The notes: generated by a model from the letters alone, not told the origin. Counted from the first letter of the stretch, positions 38,621 to 50,800 are shown. The stretch: DNA of 64,000 nucleotides from Marsupella aquatica (GCA_973895155.1 OZ316899.1:1015573-1079572); one strand, 5' to 3'. Translations and numbers: made by a program.

Positions 38621-41600
38621 TGTGATACCATGGTTATAAATAAGGAAATTAAAAAGTACACAAATTTAAAAAATTTCAACTTTTAGTGGTTAACGGCATA
38701 TACTTTGACCGGAAAAGACCATAACAAACTACTTTGCAGTATCGAATCCGGAAATATCCGGATAGCACCTTTTTTGTGGAACTCTTAAGTAACGACACCG
38801 TTGAGCCATGCGAATAGGCATGGGAGAATGAATATTAAAACCATAAGTCTGACGTCCGACCGGAGACCGGAAGCTGGCAACCGAGTTCTTAAGATCGTGC
38901 CAGACCGAGCATTCCCCGCACCACCAAACTACTTCAGAAATCTTTTGCGAGGAATCATAGGAGAGCTTAGAGCCGGACGAGGCTGCCGTTTTGAGGCAAT
39001 AGTTGAAAGGAAGTTGGTTACGGGGGAAGTGGGTGATCGTTTGATTGAGAGAGGAAGTTTGCAACTTGATTGAGATTTCCAGATTTGGGAATTCCGGATT
39101 TTGGAAGGATTTTAATTTTGGTTCTTTCTCTCCATCTTCTCATTATGGTGAAGAGAAAGGATCCGGATTTTGCCCCGGAAAAATCCAGAATCCAGATGCT
39201 ACCAAAGCGAACGACCAAGGAGCGGACAGTGATTGTGAATGAAAAGCCACTCCGACCGGAGATTCCCACGGATTTGGCAAGGAAGGACCGCTTGCAAAAG
39301 AACCTTGAGACCATGGGTTGTGCAAAGTTGATGGAGTTGCCATGGGGCTACCAGAGTGCAGTATTTGTGAAGGAGGTCCAAAATTGTACGACCCTTGCTT
39401 CGGAATTTCTGGATTCTATTCGAGCCAAACTGGAAAAGTGGACTGCGGCAGTAGTCTCTTCACTCTTGGATGTGCCTTTGAAAGGAGAAGGCTTCTTGAC
39501 CTCCAAGAATTCCTTTGCAGATAACTATTTTGATGGTGAAGTGGATCCGAAAGACGGTTGGAAGGTGTCCCAGTGCTGTAATGAGGAGTTTTATGACATT
39601 CTGTCCTTTTTGCTTCCACTTCTTTCCCCTGCCAAGCCTCGACGAGTTACAATCCGGATTGGAAATACTATTGCTGCTTCTTACATAGGGGAGAAGAAGA
39701 TTTCCTGGGCCAAAGTTTTGGAGGAAGTTATAGCCAACCAGGTCCGGAATCTTCATTTGAAGACTCCCACATCCCTTTCTTGCTATCTAGCCAATATTTA
39801 TGCGATGGACCGGATTCTTACAGATGAAGAAGCGGAGGAGTATGAGAATCAAGCCATGTTAGCCCAACTCGGAGATCCGGATCGACAACCATCTGAAGGG
39901 ACTGAGTCGGAAGAAGAACCGATTGTGGAAGTGCGACCTCCCAAGACGCAGAAGAAATTTGTGCAGAGTCCGGAACCGGATCCTGTTGAAGTTCCGGAAC
40001 CTGTCCGGAGACCAGAAAGTAGAGGAAGTCTTTTGGGTGTGACCCCCAGTTCGAAGTGGACGGCATCAGCAGAGTTGGAGCATGTCCGGATTTTCTTGGA
40101 GAGTGCGGCCGGAAAGACAAAACAACTTGAGGACCTTGTTGGACGGTTGCTGAGATGCTCAACTGCAACCCGGTTGTCATCGTTTCCACTCTGGACATGG
40201 TGATCAAGAGTCAGGCTAAGAAGCGGATCTGGGACTTGGAGGATCAGGCCTTCAAGGACAGACAGAGGACCAGTTGGATGCTGCACAGAAGAAGTTGGAG
40301 GAACACCTGAAGATCCGGAAACTACAAAATTTTGCAGTTACCGGAAGCACTTCATGTACCAGTCCTGAGCTTGTTGGAAGCTAACCTGATAGATAAGTAT
40401 TTAGCGACAGCCAACCCAGGCACCCTTGTTAAGGTTATTGAGTGCAATAACCGCTTTGCCAAGAAGATTTCCGGAACGTTTGAGCAGATGGAGAAAGTGA
40501 TTTTGGATGTGAAGTCCATGTTGACTCCTCCCAGAATCCGGAACGTCTCCGGTGTTGCAAGAGGAAAATGAAGCAGGAGGCACTCCACCCGGATTTGAGA
40601 AGGTTGAGTTCCGTTTTCCATTAGTGTCACCTCCGACTATCAGTCCAACACGTGGAACACCTTTTGATTTGAAGGACTTGGAGGCTACTGCGAGTTTAAT
40701 TACATCTCCTCCTCTGAAACCTGCTAGTCCAGTTGATCTTACACATGAGTCAGTTAGAGTAGATGTAGTTGATGATGCTCAGTAGATTAGTTGTTTTAGT
40801 TAGTTAGTTAGCATTTCCGGATCCGACTAGGATCTAAACCCGGATTTAGTAGTAGAACCGGAAATCAAAATCCGGATTTTGCCTTACATCCATTTCCGGA
40901 TTTTCCTTTGTTCTCTTTCCGGATTTTTATTGATAGTTACTTTTTCTTCCACGAAAACCGGAAATGACACTTTGTGACTTTTGGGATCCTTCCTTTGTGT
41001 ATCTTTGGAGGAACACAAATTCATTTTTCTTTAGTTCTCAGTTTTTGTTGGAAGCATAGAAGCTCCTCCTCAGGTGCTCCTGTTGAGCCTTGACCTGTTG
41101 TGAGTAGAACTGCAGACTCCTTCTCCTGTTGAGAAGTTAATACTTAGAAATTTTACCATCATACTTTGAAGTTGGATTTTGATTTGAATTAATTACTCAT
41201 ATGGATTCTAGTTAGCATTGAACTCCTACTGTTTCAGTAGTCGAAATGGAATGTTTCCTTTCCCATGAGTAATTATCTAAATTTGATTGAGAAGATATCA
41301 ATTTGACAATCTAGAAATATTTGTGTGAGAAGATACCAATTCAAGCATTCTAGTATCGTCACATTTGTTGACCAGAAAGAATTCTTGGTTTGATAGCTAG
41401 ATCAGCATGTCAATTTCTAGTTAATGTTTGATGTCTATTCTAATTCGACCATGTTATGAGCTCTGTTGCGTTCTGAATCTTAAAAATCCAGAATCCTGTT
41501 GATTTGCTGGGGATTGTCATTTTCCATCATCTCTTCTCATGAGTCAATTGATAAGACATTCTTACTAGTCCTTTTCCATGCCTTTCTTTAATTATTAGTT

Positions 41601-41700
41601 TTTGTGCATTGATTGTAAGTAGTGGGTAATTCCAAAAGCATGAAGAAACTGAATTTTTTTAAATTTTTTACAGTGTTTAGACTACAATTATTGCTAACTG
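38621..41700 (+). mobile_element. Family D' LTR (~3.1 kb) carrying an accessory ORF; right boundary approximate
   Basis: Starts TGTGATACC exactly where E-LTR similarity breaks; ORF homologous to family D; AT-rich 3' part. Confidence 0.6.
39145..40785 (+). pseudogene. LTR-embedded accessory ORF of family D', frameshifted after ~40150
   Basis: MGCAKLMELPWGYQS, LSFLLPLLSPAKPRRVT, ISWAKVL and LSCYLANIY align with 2690-4297. Confidence 0.75.
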
Positions 41701-41727
41701 TAACTGAAACAACATTCAAAGTTACTA

Positions 41728-41800
41728 AGTTCCTAAGTTACGAGTAAACTCAGTTTACGAGTTTACTAGTTCACTGCTTTACGAGTTTACGAGTTACGCC
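41728..41800. repeat. Degenerate 8-bp tandem repeat GTTTAC(G/T)A
   Basis: Repeated GTTTACGA/GTTTACTA units; same unit at 58222-58312. Confidence 0.75.
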
Positions 41801-42019
41801 TTAAGAGTTGGTGACCCTGTGATTGTGACATCTTACGACTAGTTCAACGGGACTCCACAACGGATGAAGTGCTCACCTTGAAAGGGAAGGAATGCAAGAC
41901 ATAGGCGCTCATTACTGACTTCTCTTCCACCTTACCTCTCAAACCCTAACCCACTTCAACCGGTACTTCAGAGATGTCAGATGGAGACTTCGACCTTTCT
42001 ATCACTAGTACATTTTGGG

Positions 42020-43610
42020 GCCTAGTCCGATTCTCACCTTCCGATGATGCCAAGGTTTCCGATTCTATTCTAATTGGATGTACGATCCAACCGTCCAAGC
42101 CAACGCGTATCGGACCTTGCCATTAAACTAGAATCGGACTATCACCATTCCAACCCAATCACAAACGGGCCGTCACTACGATGTAGGAAAAGTTGGATTG
42201 TTTATCAAAGCCAGAAACAATTGGACCGCTTGGTCCGATTCTTCTCCAATGCTAGATGAATTGGAACCCCTTTCCAAAGAAAAACATAAGCACGTTTTCC
42301 GATCAAATTAGAATTGGAAGTTGCCATTCAATACAAATTGGAAGTTTTCGATGCGCATGGAATTGGATATTCCAAGGTTTTCAGGATTGGACAATTGTTT
42401 CCAAGTGGTAGGCAATGGGATTCATATTTGCAATACAAATACAATGAGATCTTGGTCCAATTGTTGGTGCAATGGACTTTGTGGTCCAACTCTTTGGGAA
42501 TTGGAAGTGTGTCTACGATTCATTTAGAATTGGAACCTTTGGCAAGGCCAGGGTCATCCCTCATCTGCTCATGGAAAGTATTGACCGGTCCTGAATCATG
42601 TGTAGCATAGCCTTTGTAGTCTGTGTTCCTAGGATGAGAAATCTTATGCCAATGGCCATTCCTATCTTTACAATGCACTACCCTATAATGGTTACCAAAA
42701 GTTTTCGTTAAATTGTAAGTCAAAGCCTTTTGACTCGATGAAAAAAATTCTTGCGGTCAACAAAAACAGATGTCTTCATTGTCATCTAGGTCAAAATTCT
42801 ATATATATTGTATCCCTAAATGAACTTAACCATGCCCCAAAAGGAATTGTAGCAATTTGAGGAGGACATTGGTTTGTTTGGCGATCTAACATTGATAGGT
42901 AAATTGGTTCCCATATGGTCAACATAGAGCTTTCATAATTGACCATGCAACCCAATGTCATGATACGCAAGAATTCATCAAGAATTGGCCCAAACTGTGG
43001 ATCTAAATGAACTCAGAGGTGTATAAAAACCCCAGGCACTCTATAAGAAACATCAAATGTGCCTAAGGTTGCATGTACAACGCAAGAGCTAAGAACTAGG
43101 AAGTTAAGCACCTATTGAGAGGAATAGTGTTTGGGATGGGTGACCTGACTTCTCTAGTAGCCCACATCTCTAGTAGCCCACAGTCTTGCTAAGACTTGAA
43201 GCCTCACACAAAAGAATACACCAGTTAGCTAGTGATATGCAACCCGTGGAGGAGTAGGATCAGGCCGGGGCAACGCTAGGGCTGCCGATTGGGGTAATCG
43301 CACTTCAATTTTTGATTTGATTCTAATTGGGACCCCTGTCCCATTGTAGTACAATAGCACAATAGTTTCTGATTGCGAAGTACTTGGAAATGGTCATGCC
43401 ATTCTCACATAATTGGACAATTGTTTGCCATTTCTTTTGAATTGAATGCGTCTTTCCAATACTAGTTTAATTGGACAAGTCCAATCTCGGTCCGATAACG
43501 CTAACCCGATTGTTTGGGGATTGGATGATACGATGCAACTTCAATCGGAACATCGGTAAAAACTGCAACAATCCGCCGAAGGGGTCCGATTTGAGGAGAA
43601 TTGGATTATG
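42020..43610. mobile_element. Degenerate insert with long imperfect inverted repeats (probable non-autonomous DNA transposon)
   Basis: GCGTATCGGACC..TTAAACTAGAATCGGA (42104-42139) is inverted at 43455-43497; 42313-42340 is inverted at 43430-43460; termini too decayed to classify. Confidence 0.45.
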
Positions 43611-44761
43611 GGTGAATTCTATACTAGTGTATTCCAGGATGCTGAACTCTGATGAATTCCTGTACCATTATCCCCTAGTATATGTCGCCTCTTGCAACAA
43701 TTATGATGTAATTGGGATGTATAGAGAAGCCCTTCGTATTGATTCATGTTACTTAATGAAGAGAATGCCTCTGATGTATCCTGAGAGACAACTAAGATGC
43801 CTACCCTACTCTCGAGGATCCCCACGCCAAGCTGAGCTAATTGAAGTTACACATAATCAGACTGTCACGTCGTAGGCTTCGGCCTTAACTCAGACTTCAG
43901 CTTAGACGGGCACATCCCTCGTAAATCTGAGGGTTCGGGCAGGAAGGGAAGCACGTAATGCACCTTATTCTCGTAAACTAGCGCTAAGTGCGCATACTGC
44001 TAAATATGGACACCTCCTAGGTATGGTTTGTGTTCCGCCGCCGGAACGTACCTTAGTCGATAGCAGGATCGACCCCGGCTTAAGGGCTTCTAAGCCTTCG
44101 TGCTGTCCGCCTTCGATCCGGATTCGATGATACAGGTTCTCAACCCGTGCTCGCAACCACTTACCCGCAGGCTGCACCCTGTGCACGTCTCGGGTAGTGC
44201 GTTCGGCCCGGCGCTGCCACCCATATACGAGAAACCCACACACATATGCGCACACATGCATACAATCTCGATTTACACGAAGGAAAAATGATGGGAAAGG
44301 ATTTTTACTACAAAGGGAACATATGCGTACACTTAGTTGACACGACAGCCCTGGAATGCACAGGTTCAAGGCCAAGGGTGCACACTACAACGGAGCCCGG
44401 CTCCGCACTCGCCCGGCAAGCTTAGTCCTACCCCCTCCCCTTGGTACTCTGTCATTCCTAGAGGTCGGGACTCCCCGCATGTCCCGCGGATGTCCGACTC
44501 TGAAACTAAAAACCCCCCCTGCCTCTACCGAGGGGTGCACTAAATACTAAGAGCCGAGGAACGGGGCGTCCTCCCGCCGAAGATTCGCTGACCAAGGTCC
44601 TAACTAAGCTGACAGTCAGGCCGGAAAACGACTGTGTCTTATTAGAAGATCCTAATCTACGCAGGCTGGACAGCAGGGCAGCGCTGCCGTACCTAAGGCA
44701 GGTGCCTGTCCCAAGAGCCTGACTAAGCCAATCCTAATCCTAATCTATTCCTACTCCGCCG

Positions 44762-47398
44762 CTAATGCCTGGCACGCTTGCCAGAGCCGCCCGAATGGGA
44801 ACGGCCATCCCGCTGCCTTCGAAGCCTGTCATTGTCCGCTTTGAGGAGCTGGACCTGGTCCAGCAGAGATTCGTTCTCTCGCCTCGCCGCGTCCGTCTCC
44901 TCTACTGCCTCCTGACATGCCTCCTCCAGCTGCTGGGCGTCGCTCGCCAGTTTACTCGCCAGCTGGTCCTGCTTCTCGGCCTCGGTTTGGAGCCGCGCCA
45001 TCTCGGCCTGCAGCGTGGCTATCTCCGTCGCGTCCCGCTGGGCTCGCTCCTCGGCCTCCTCCAGGTCTTTCTGCCAGGTGACAGCTTGTTTCTTCAAACT
45101 GTCAATCTGGTTCCGGAGTCGTGTAATCTCGGCCTCGTTCCCAGCTTTGGCCTGTTCGGCTAGGGCGGTAAGAGCGTACGCCTTTGCTAACAACTCATCG
45201 GCGGCTGCAACCTTGGGTCGTAGTTGAAGAAGCTCAGCCTCTTGAGCCGCCACTTCGTTCTTTAGGTACACGGACTCCTCCCGGTACCGCTCTATCCTCT
45301 GAAGGGCCTTCGACTGGGCCCGCCCTGCCTTTACGGCGGCAACCAACTCCTGATTGAAGAAACAGGCTACCTTCCGAGCCATGAACTCCCCGGTATCCCG
45401 GGCAATTTGATGAGAGAAATCTCCCAGAAGCCCGTTCAGAAACGTACCCTGTACGAAGAGTTCCGGGTGGTCCAAGTTGTGCCTGTCCGGATTTGGGCAC
45501 GGGCAGACATCAACACGCGCAGGGGCCGGGGCAGTGACGTCCAGCCCTGGGGACATAACGTTGGAAGGGGCCGGAGTATCCTCCTGCAGCGATGTCCGGT
45601 TCTCCGGAATTGCCACCAGCGGGTCCTTGGGAGACCCGGGTTCGGGTAAGACCTCTGCCGTACCAACTTCTGTACTTAGCCCGGCTAGTTGGGTCGCATC
45701 AACGGTTGCGACGACCGACCCCTCCGACGCCTCCTCGGTTACGATTACAGCTATTTGTGGAGGTGGGGTGGGTAAAGCTGGCGTGTCCACTGGACTTCTG
45801 GCCTCGGGTTGGGGCCGTCTCTCCAATGCCGGAAAAACCCACCTAGCTGGGACCAGCTTTGTAACGTTGATGCGGGGAAGGGTTCGTCGATCAAACCGGG
45901 CATACCACTCAAGAATGATTTCGATGTGGCTAGCGAAATACGCCTTCCCGCCAATGTACAGCGTCTTCCTTCGCCGCTCCATCTCTTCATGGAATTTCTT
46001 AGCGAAGTACGACGCCCACTTCCTAGGTCGATAGTTCTCGACCTGGATGACCTGGGCGGCGGAGATCTCCCCCCGGGGTTCCATCAAGTGGAGAGCGTAC
46101 CTTTGGAACTCCAGCCGCTCAGCTATCTCGGGCATGAGGCAGGTCCTCATCACGAACCCGTTGTCTACTGATCCCTCTGAGGGAAAACTTGAAGATTGGT
46201 ACTTGGCCCCCTTGCCCCCGGGAGCCCGTGATTCGACTCGATGGTCACCTTCGGGTAACCCGAAGATCATCTTGAGCCGTTCTTCTATGAGGGACATATT
46301 CCTTCCCCGCAGCCGAGTCTGTTGACGTACGTCATCATAATTCTTGACGAATTCTGTCATGTCCTCCCCGTAGTACCTGCAAGTGTTCCAGGGGAGAGAG
46401 GCGAGGTGCTCAAATCCCTGAGTCTTCAGGTACACCGCATGCTTGGGATGGAGGATGTTGCTGTGAACGTTTTCCCCCATGCGATGCATCGTTACCTTGG
46501 CTACGGCTACCGTGGCTAACGGTAACCCGGATGCACTGGCGGATTCCTTTCTCTTCTTTCCCCATGACTGACTCGGGGAAGGTGATACTTCCCCATCCTC
46601 CCGATCGGGCCTGGGGAGTGCCACTGCGGTTGGTAACGGGCCCGGGGCGGCCACGGTCACCATGTTGTCTGCTGGGGCCGCTCCTGGGGTCAGAGCAGGG
46701 GGTGGGGACGGTATAGTGTCGGCCCCCCGAGCGCTTGTTCCTCTGGGCCGCCTGGTCAAGGGTGGGGTAGCCTCGTCGTCATCGCTAAGATCCACAGCGT
46801 TGATGACGGAGCGTACCTGTGCTGGCTGGGTGATAGGTGGTGGGGTTTGGCTAGGCTGCGGCTGAGGCTGAAGCTGAAGCTGAGGTTGCATGGGCACGGG
46901 TACGGGTACGGGTCCGGCTGAGTTGGTCATGTTGGTTGATGGCCGAGTTCCCATGAAGCTCTGTAGGTGCTGGTAGAAGTTCTCCGAAGCGAGTGCGGAC
47001 GCCCTTGTCGAACGGTTGGTACTGGACTCGCCGTTAATGACTGCCCGAACCTGGGCAGGGATGTGGTCGAAGTGATGTCGCTGCAGGTCGATTGTACCCG
47101 GGATATTGAAGACCTCGTCCGGAAGCCGAAGCAATGCTTCCCAGAACCCGATATATTTGTCTCCGTCAAAGAAGTACCCAGATACCTCAGCTGGTCGGTA
47201 AAGCTCGCTCTGAGACGGGTAGTCAAAGTTAAGGACGTAGTGGTGTCGTCCTGCTAGGCGGATGGCTCTCTCGTATTCGCGTTCGATCTCGTATCGGCGT
47301 GGGTTGGCGTGTTTCAATGAATCGGCCAAGTGCCTTCCGGTAGATAGGAACTGCGTCCAGAATCGAATGGCCGAGCTGGAGAGGATCGTGTGCGACAT
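44762..47398 (-). CDS. 878-aa LTR-encoded accessory protein (3' LTR copy), function unknown
   Basis: Uninterrupted ORF wholly inside the LTR; FW domain, LPW/FGLP domain, coiled coil, basic tail KRARH; homologues elsewhere in the window. Confidence 0.9.
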   Translation of the reverse strand: MSHTILSSSAIRFWTQFLSTGRHLADSLKHANPRRYEIEREYERAIRLAGRHHYVLNFDYPSQSELYRPAEVSGYFFDGDKYIGFWEALLRLPDEVFNIPGTIDLQRHHFDHIPAQVRAVINGESSTNRSTRASALASENFYQHLQSFMGTRPSTNMTNSAGPVPVPVPMQPQLQLQPQPQPSQTPPPITQPAQVRSVINAVDLSDDDEATPPLTRRPRGTSARGADTIPSPPPALTPGAAPADNMVTVAAPGPLPTAVALPRPDREDGEVSPSPSQSWGKKRKESASASGLPLATVAVAKVTMHRMGENVHSNILHPKHAVYLKTQGFEHLASLPWNTCRYYGEDMTEFVKNYDDVRQQTRLRGRNMSLIEERLKMIFGLPEGDHRVESRAPGGKGAKYQSSSFPSEGSVDNGFVMRTCLMPEIAERLEFQRYALHLMEPRGEISAAQVIQVENYRPRKWASYFAKKFHEEMERRRKTLYIGGKAYFASHIEIILEWYARFDRRTLPRINVTKLVPARWVFPALERRPQPEARSPVDTPALPTPPPQIAVIVTEEASEGSVVATVDATQLAGLSTEVGTAEVLPEPGSPKDPLVAIPENRTSLQEDTPAPSNVMSPGLDVTAPAPARVDVCPCPNPDRHNLDHPELFVQGTFLNGLLGDFSHQIARDTGEFMARKVACFFNQELVAAVKAGRAQSKALQRIERYREESVYLKNEVAAQEAELLQLRPKVAAADELLAKAYALTALAEQAKAGNEAEITRLRNQIDSLKKQAVTWQKDLEEAEERAQRDATEIATLQAEMARLQTEAEKQDQLASKLASDAQQLEEACQEAVEETDAARRENESLLDQVQLLKADNDRLRRQRDGRSHSGGSGKRARH

Positions 47399-47498
47399 TC
47401 AGAGGAGATAGTAGTGGCGACCTAGAGAGAACGAGAGAGCTGGGGTCGAAGCTGGCGCGCGGACTGATGGACTGGTGCACTACAAAGGGTTGGCTCCC

Positions 47499-47506
47499 CT
47501 TTTATA
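47499..47506 (-). promoter_or_regulatory. TATA box candidate upstream of the LTR ORF (also 57588-57595 and 17710-17717)
   Basis: TATAAAAG ~360 nt into the LTR and ~100 nt before the ATG; conserved in A2. Confidence 0.55.
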
Positions 47507-47831
47507 CTTTGAGGGCTTGTCGATCCCCGACGTCTCCTCGACGCCCATAGGTTGAACCGCTCACGCTTGTGGTGTACCGGCCACTCCGCCGGTCTGAGTC
47601 AGCGTGCGTCAGTGGCCGCTTCCTTAAGTTTGTTATACGGACCCGAGGGAGGGGCCACTCCATGCTCATAACCCGGGTGTGCGAATAGCGACCCGCCGCC
47701 AGCCCGAAGCTGAAGTCCCCCTTATTGCCTAATGATGTCCTACCCCTAATGATTACCTAAATACTGTCGTTATGCTAATAATAGCGGCCTAAGACCCACC
47801 TAACGCGCGTGCCGAGCGCAGTTAGACTGAA

Positions 47832-50800
47832 TCACTCATTAACCACCGTACCGGCGGCGTCACATAGCTCCCTGCTTAATTGTGAAGCGTCCTCGCGAAC
47901 ATCGCTATCGGCGTCGTCATCTTGATGGTGGTACTTTTTTACACGATCGTAGCTGATTCGCGTGGGGAGTAAATCGCCGGCATACGTCGCAAGCTCCAAA
48001 GATCCGTTTCGGTAGATCTGATTGACAAGGAAGGGCCCCAACCACCGGGTATGCAGCTTCCCTGGAAACTGCATGTACCTACTATCGTACAGAAGGACTA
48101 GATCGCCTGCCACGACGTCGACCCTCCGTAGTCCTTTGTCGTGCTGCTTCTTCGAAGTTGCCTGTTTCTTCACGGTGTGTCGAGCTGCCAGTAGCCGTGC
48201 TTCTTCCAAGGCTTCAATCTGATAAGCTCGGTCTGACAGACTTTCAGATTCAGGTAAGCGATCCCGAATGCTGACCCGTGGAGTGTGCACTTCAAATTCG
48301 ACGGGCACCAACGAATGTTGGCCGAACACCAGAAAGTACGGGCTATGACTCGTAGTAGTTTTGTAAGCTAGATTATACGAGTACACCGCCGCGTACAACT
48401 TATCATCCCAATCCGTTTTGTGCGCAGCTACAGTTTTGTTGAGGATCTTTCCAATGATACCATTTGCTCTCTCCGCCATCCCGTTGGCTTTAGGATGATA
48501 TGGGGTAGTCTTGCGGTGCTTGACTAGGTAACGCTCCGTAAGCTGGGCTACGGTGTCATTGAGGAAGTGGGTTCCACGGTCGCTTACCAATTCTAAGGGC
48601 GGTCCGAATCGGGTGAAAATCTGTTCGTATAAGAATCTGGCACTGGTTGCGGCGTCGTCCTTTACCGTAGCCCGCGCTTCGACCCATTTGGTGGAGTAAT
48701 CAATAGCTAATAGGATGTATCTGCACCTTCGCCTTCGGGTAACAGGAGTGAACAGTCCGATATAATCAATTCCCCATTTTTCGAATGGTGCCAATGGAAG
48801 CACAGATGTGAGCGGGTGATGATGAGCCCGCCTCGGGGCCCCCGCTCGCTGACACAAGTCACAGCCCTTAATGAAGCGCTGTACATCCCGATGCAACGTA
48901 GGCCACCAATACCCCGAGTCCAGAATCTTTCGGGCTGTCGTAACTGCCGCGAAATGGCCTCCAGCTTCTTCTTCATGCAGGGCCCGTATCACGATAAGTG
49001 TCTCCTTATACTCTAAGCAGCGTCGTAACTTTCCGTTAATACCTTCCTTATGTAGGTGACCCTGTATCATGACGTAAGGCCCGGCTTTCCGTAAAAACAC
49101 AGCGGCGGCCTCCTGATTGATGCCGTCAGGGATGCGGCCCGTTAAAAGGAAGGTGATTATTGAGCCGTACCACGTTGGTGTCCCTTCCCCTACGTGGAAC
49201 AACTCCTCATCCGGAAAAATATCATCAATTGGCTGATCGACTGGTACGCCGTCCAGTCGTGAAAAGAAATCGGCATTGAGGTGTACCCTTCCTGGCCGAA
49301 CCCGAACTTCGTAATTAAATTCCTGGAGAAGTAGCACCCACCGGGCTATCCGTCCTGTCACATCCGCTTTGTTGACCATGTACTTCAGGCTATCATGATC
49401 CGTGTGGAAAATGACCTTGTAGCCTAGCAGATAGTGTCGGAACTTTTTACACGAGTAGATTATTCCCAAAGCTTCTCGATCAGTGGGGGAATAATTCTTT
49501 TCGGCTGCAAATAGTTGACGGCTAGCGAAATAGATGGGGTGATCACGTCCATCCTCATCTAGCTGACTAAGTACGGATCCGATACAGAACCCTGACACAT
49601 CGACATACACGTGGAACTCCTTATTCCAGTCTGGGGTGACCATGATAGGCGCGGTGGTGAGTCGTTTACGGAGTTCCTCAAAAGCAATCCGTCTCCGGGG
49701 TGTTTCCTCGACCGCTGCGTCCTTCTTCATCATCTCAGTTAAGGGCAACGCAATTTTAGCAAAGTCTTTAATGAACCGGCGGTAATACCCTACGCAGCCC
49801 AAGAAGGATCGTACTGCTTTTTGATCCAAGGGGAATACCACCGCCATCCAGGCCGCAACTTTCTCTTGGTCCACCTCAATGCCCCGTTTGGACCCACGAT
49901 GCCCGAGTAACACCCCCTCCTCTACCCCGAAGAAGCATTTGGCGGGATGTAGTTTGAGGTTAACATCTCGGCATCGTTGCAATGTTCGTCGTAGGTGTTC
50001 GGGGTGCATGGCAACGGTTCCGAAGATGGCAAAGTCATCGATAAATATCTCCAAAAATTCCCATAGGAAATCGTGGAAGATATTCATCATAAGGCGCTGA
50101 AACATAGCCGGGGCGTTACACAGACCAAAAGGCATCCTCCGAAATGCGAACGTTCCCCACTCCGTAGTGAACGTTGTTTTGAGCTGATCCGCGAGACGAA
50201 TCCAGATTTGGTTATAACCTGAATACCCGTCAAGAAATGTATAGATTTCATTTCGGGCCACCATATCTAGAACCATATCCGTGAATGGTAATGGGTAATG
50301 GTCTTTTCGGGTTGCGTCATTCAGCTTACGGTAGTCCTGACAGATACGAATCTTAGGTTTTCCATCCGTACCTCCCTTCTTTGGTACAATGACAATGGGA
50401 GAGACCTAGTCGCTGGCCATTACCGGGTAAATGATATCGGCGGCGAGGAGACGATCAATTTCCTCCTTCACTAAGATGGAGTACCTCGGATTCATGCGAC
50501 GTTGTCGCTGTCGTACCGCATGGGCTCCTAGGTTCAGATCGATTGTGTGTTCTCCCAACTCGGGGGAGACGCCTGTTAAATCATGATGACTCCATGCAAA
50601 CACATCTTCATATTCCTTGAGCAAAGCTTGGATGGCTTTTTCAGCCTTCCCCGTCAAAGCGTGGCCCAGGTTAAAAGATTTGTCCATCCCAATAGTGTAC
50701 TTCCGGTAGTGCTCCTTCCTGATGACTTCAACCTGGTTTCGCAGACTCGGGTCCAGGCTCGCGTCAAGCTCAGCTAACCGAACCCCTCCGTACATGGGTG

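Larger units (their letters stand above)
43863..47864 (-). repeat. 3' LTR of element A (4002 bp)
   Basis: Direct repeat of 53952-57953; about 21 substitutions and no indels by manual comparison. Confidence 0.97.

Noticed and set aside
42062-43626. 11-bp direct repeat ATTCTAT(T/A)CTA as a Mutator-like TSD
   Set aside because: The inverted-repeat similarity extends left of 42062 to about 42020, so the left copy lies inside the insert.
44762-47398. env-like annotation for the 878-aa ORF
   Set aside because: I see no signal peptide or convincing transmembrane segment; the protein is hydrophilic with a coiled coil and a basic tail.
44765-47480. Numerous 60-185 aa antisense and alternative-frame ORFs over the LTR ORF and gag-pol
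   Set aside because: Expected by-products of GC-rich coding DNA; no motifs and not conserved in A2.
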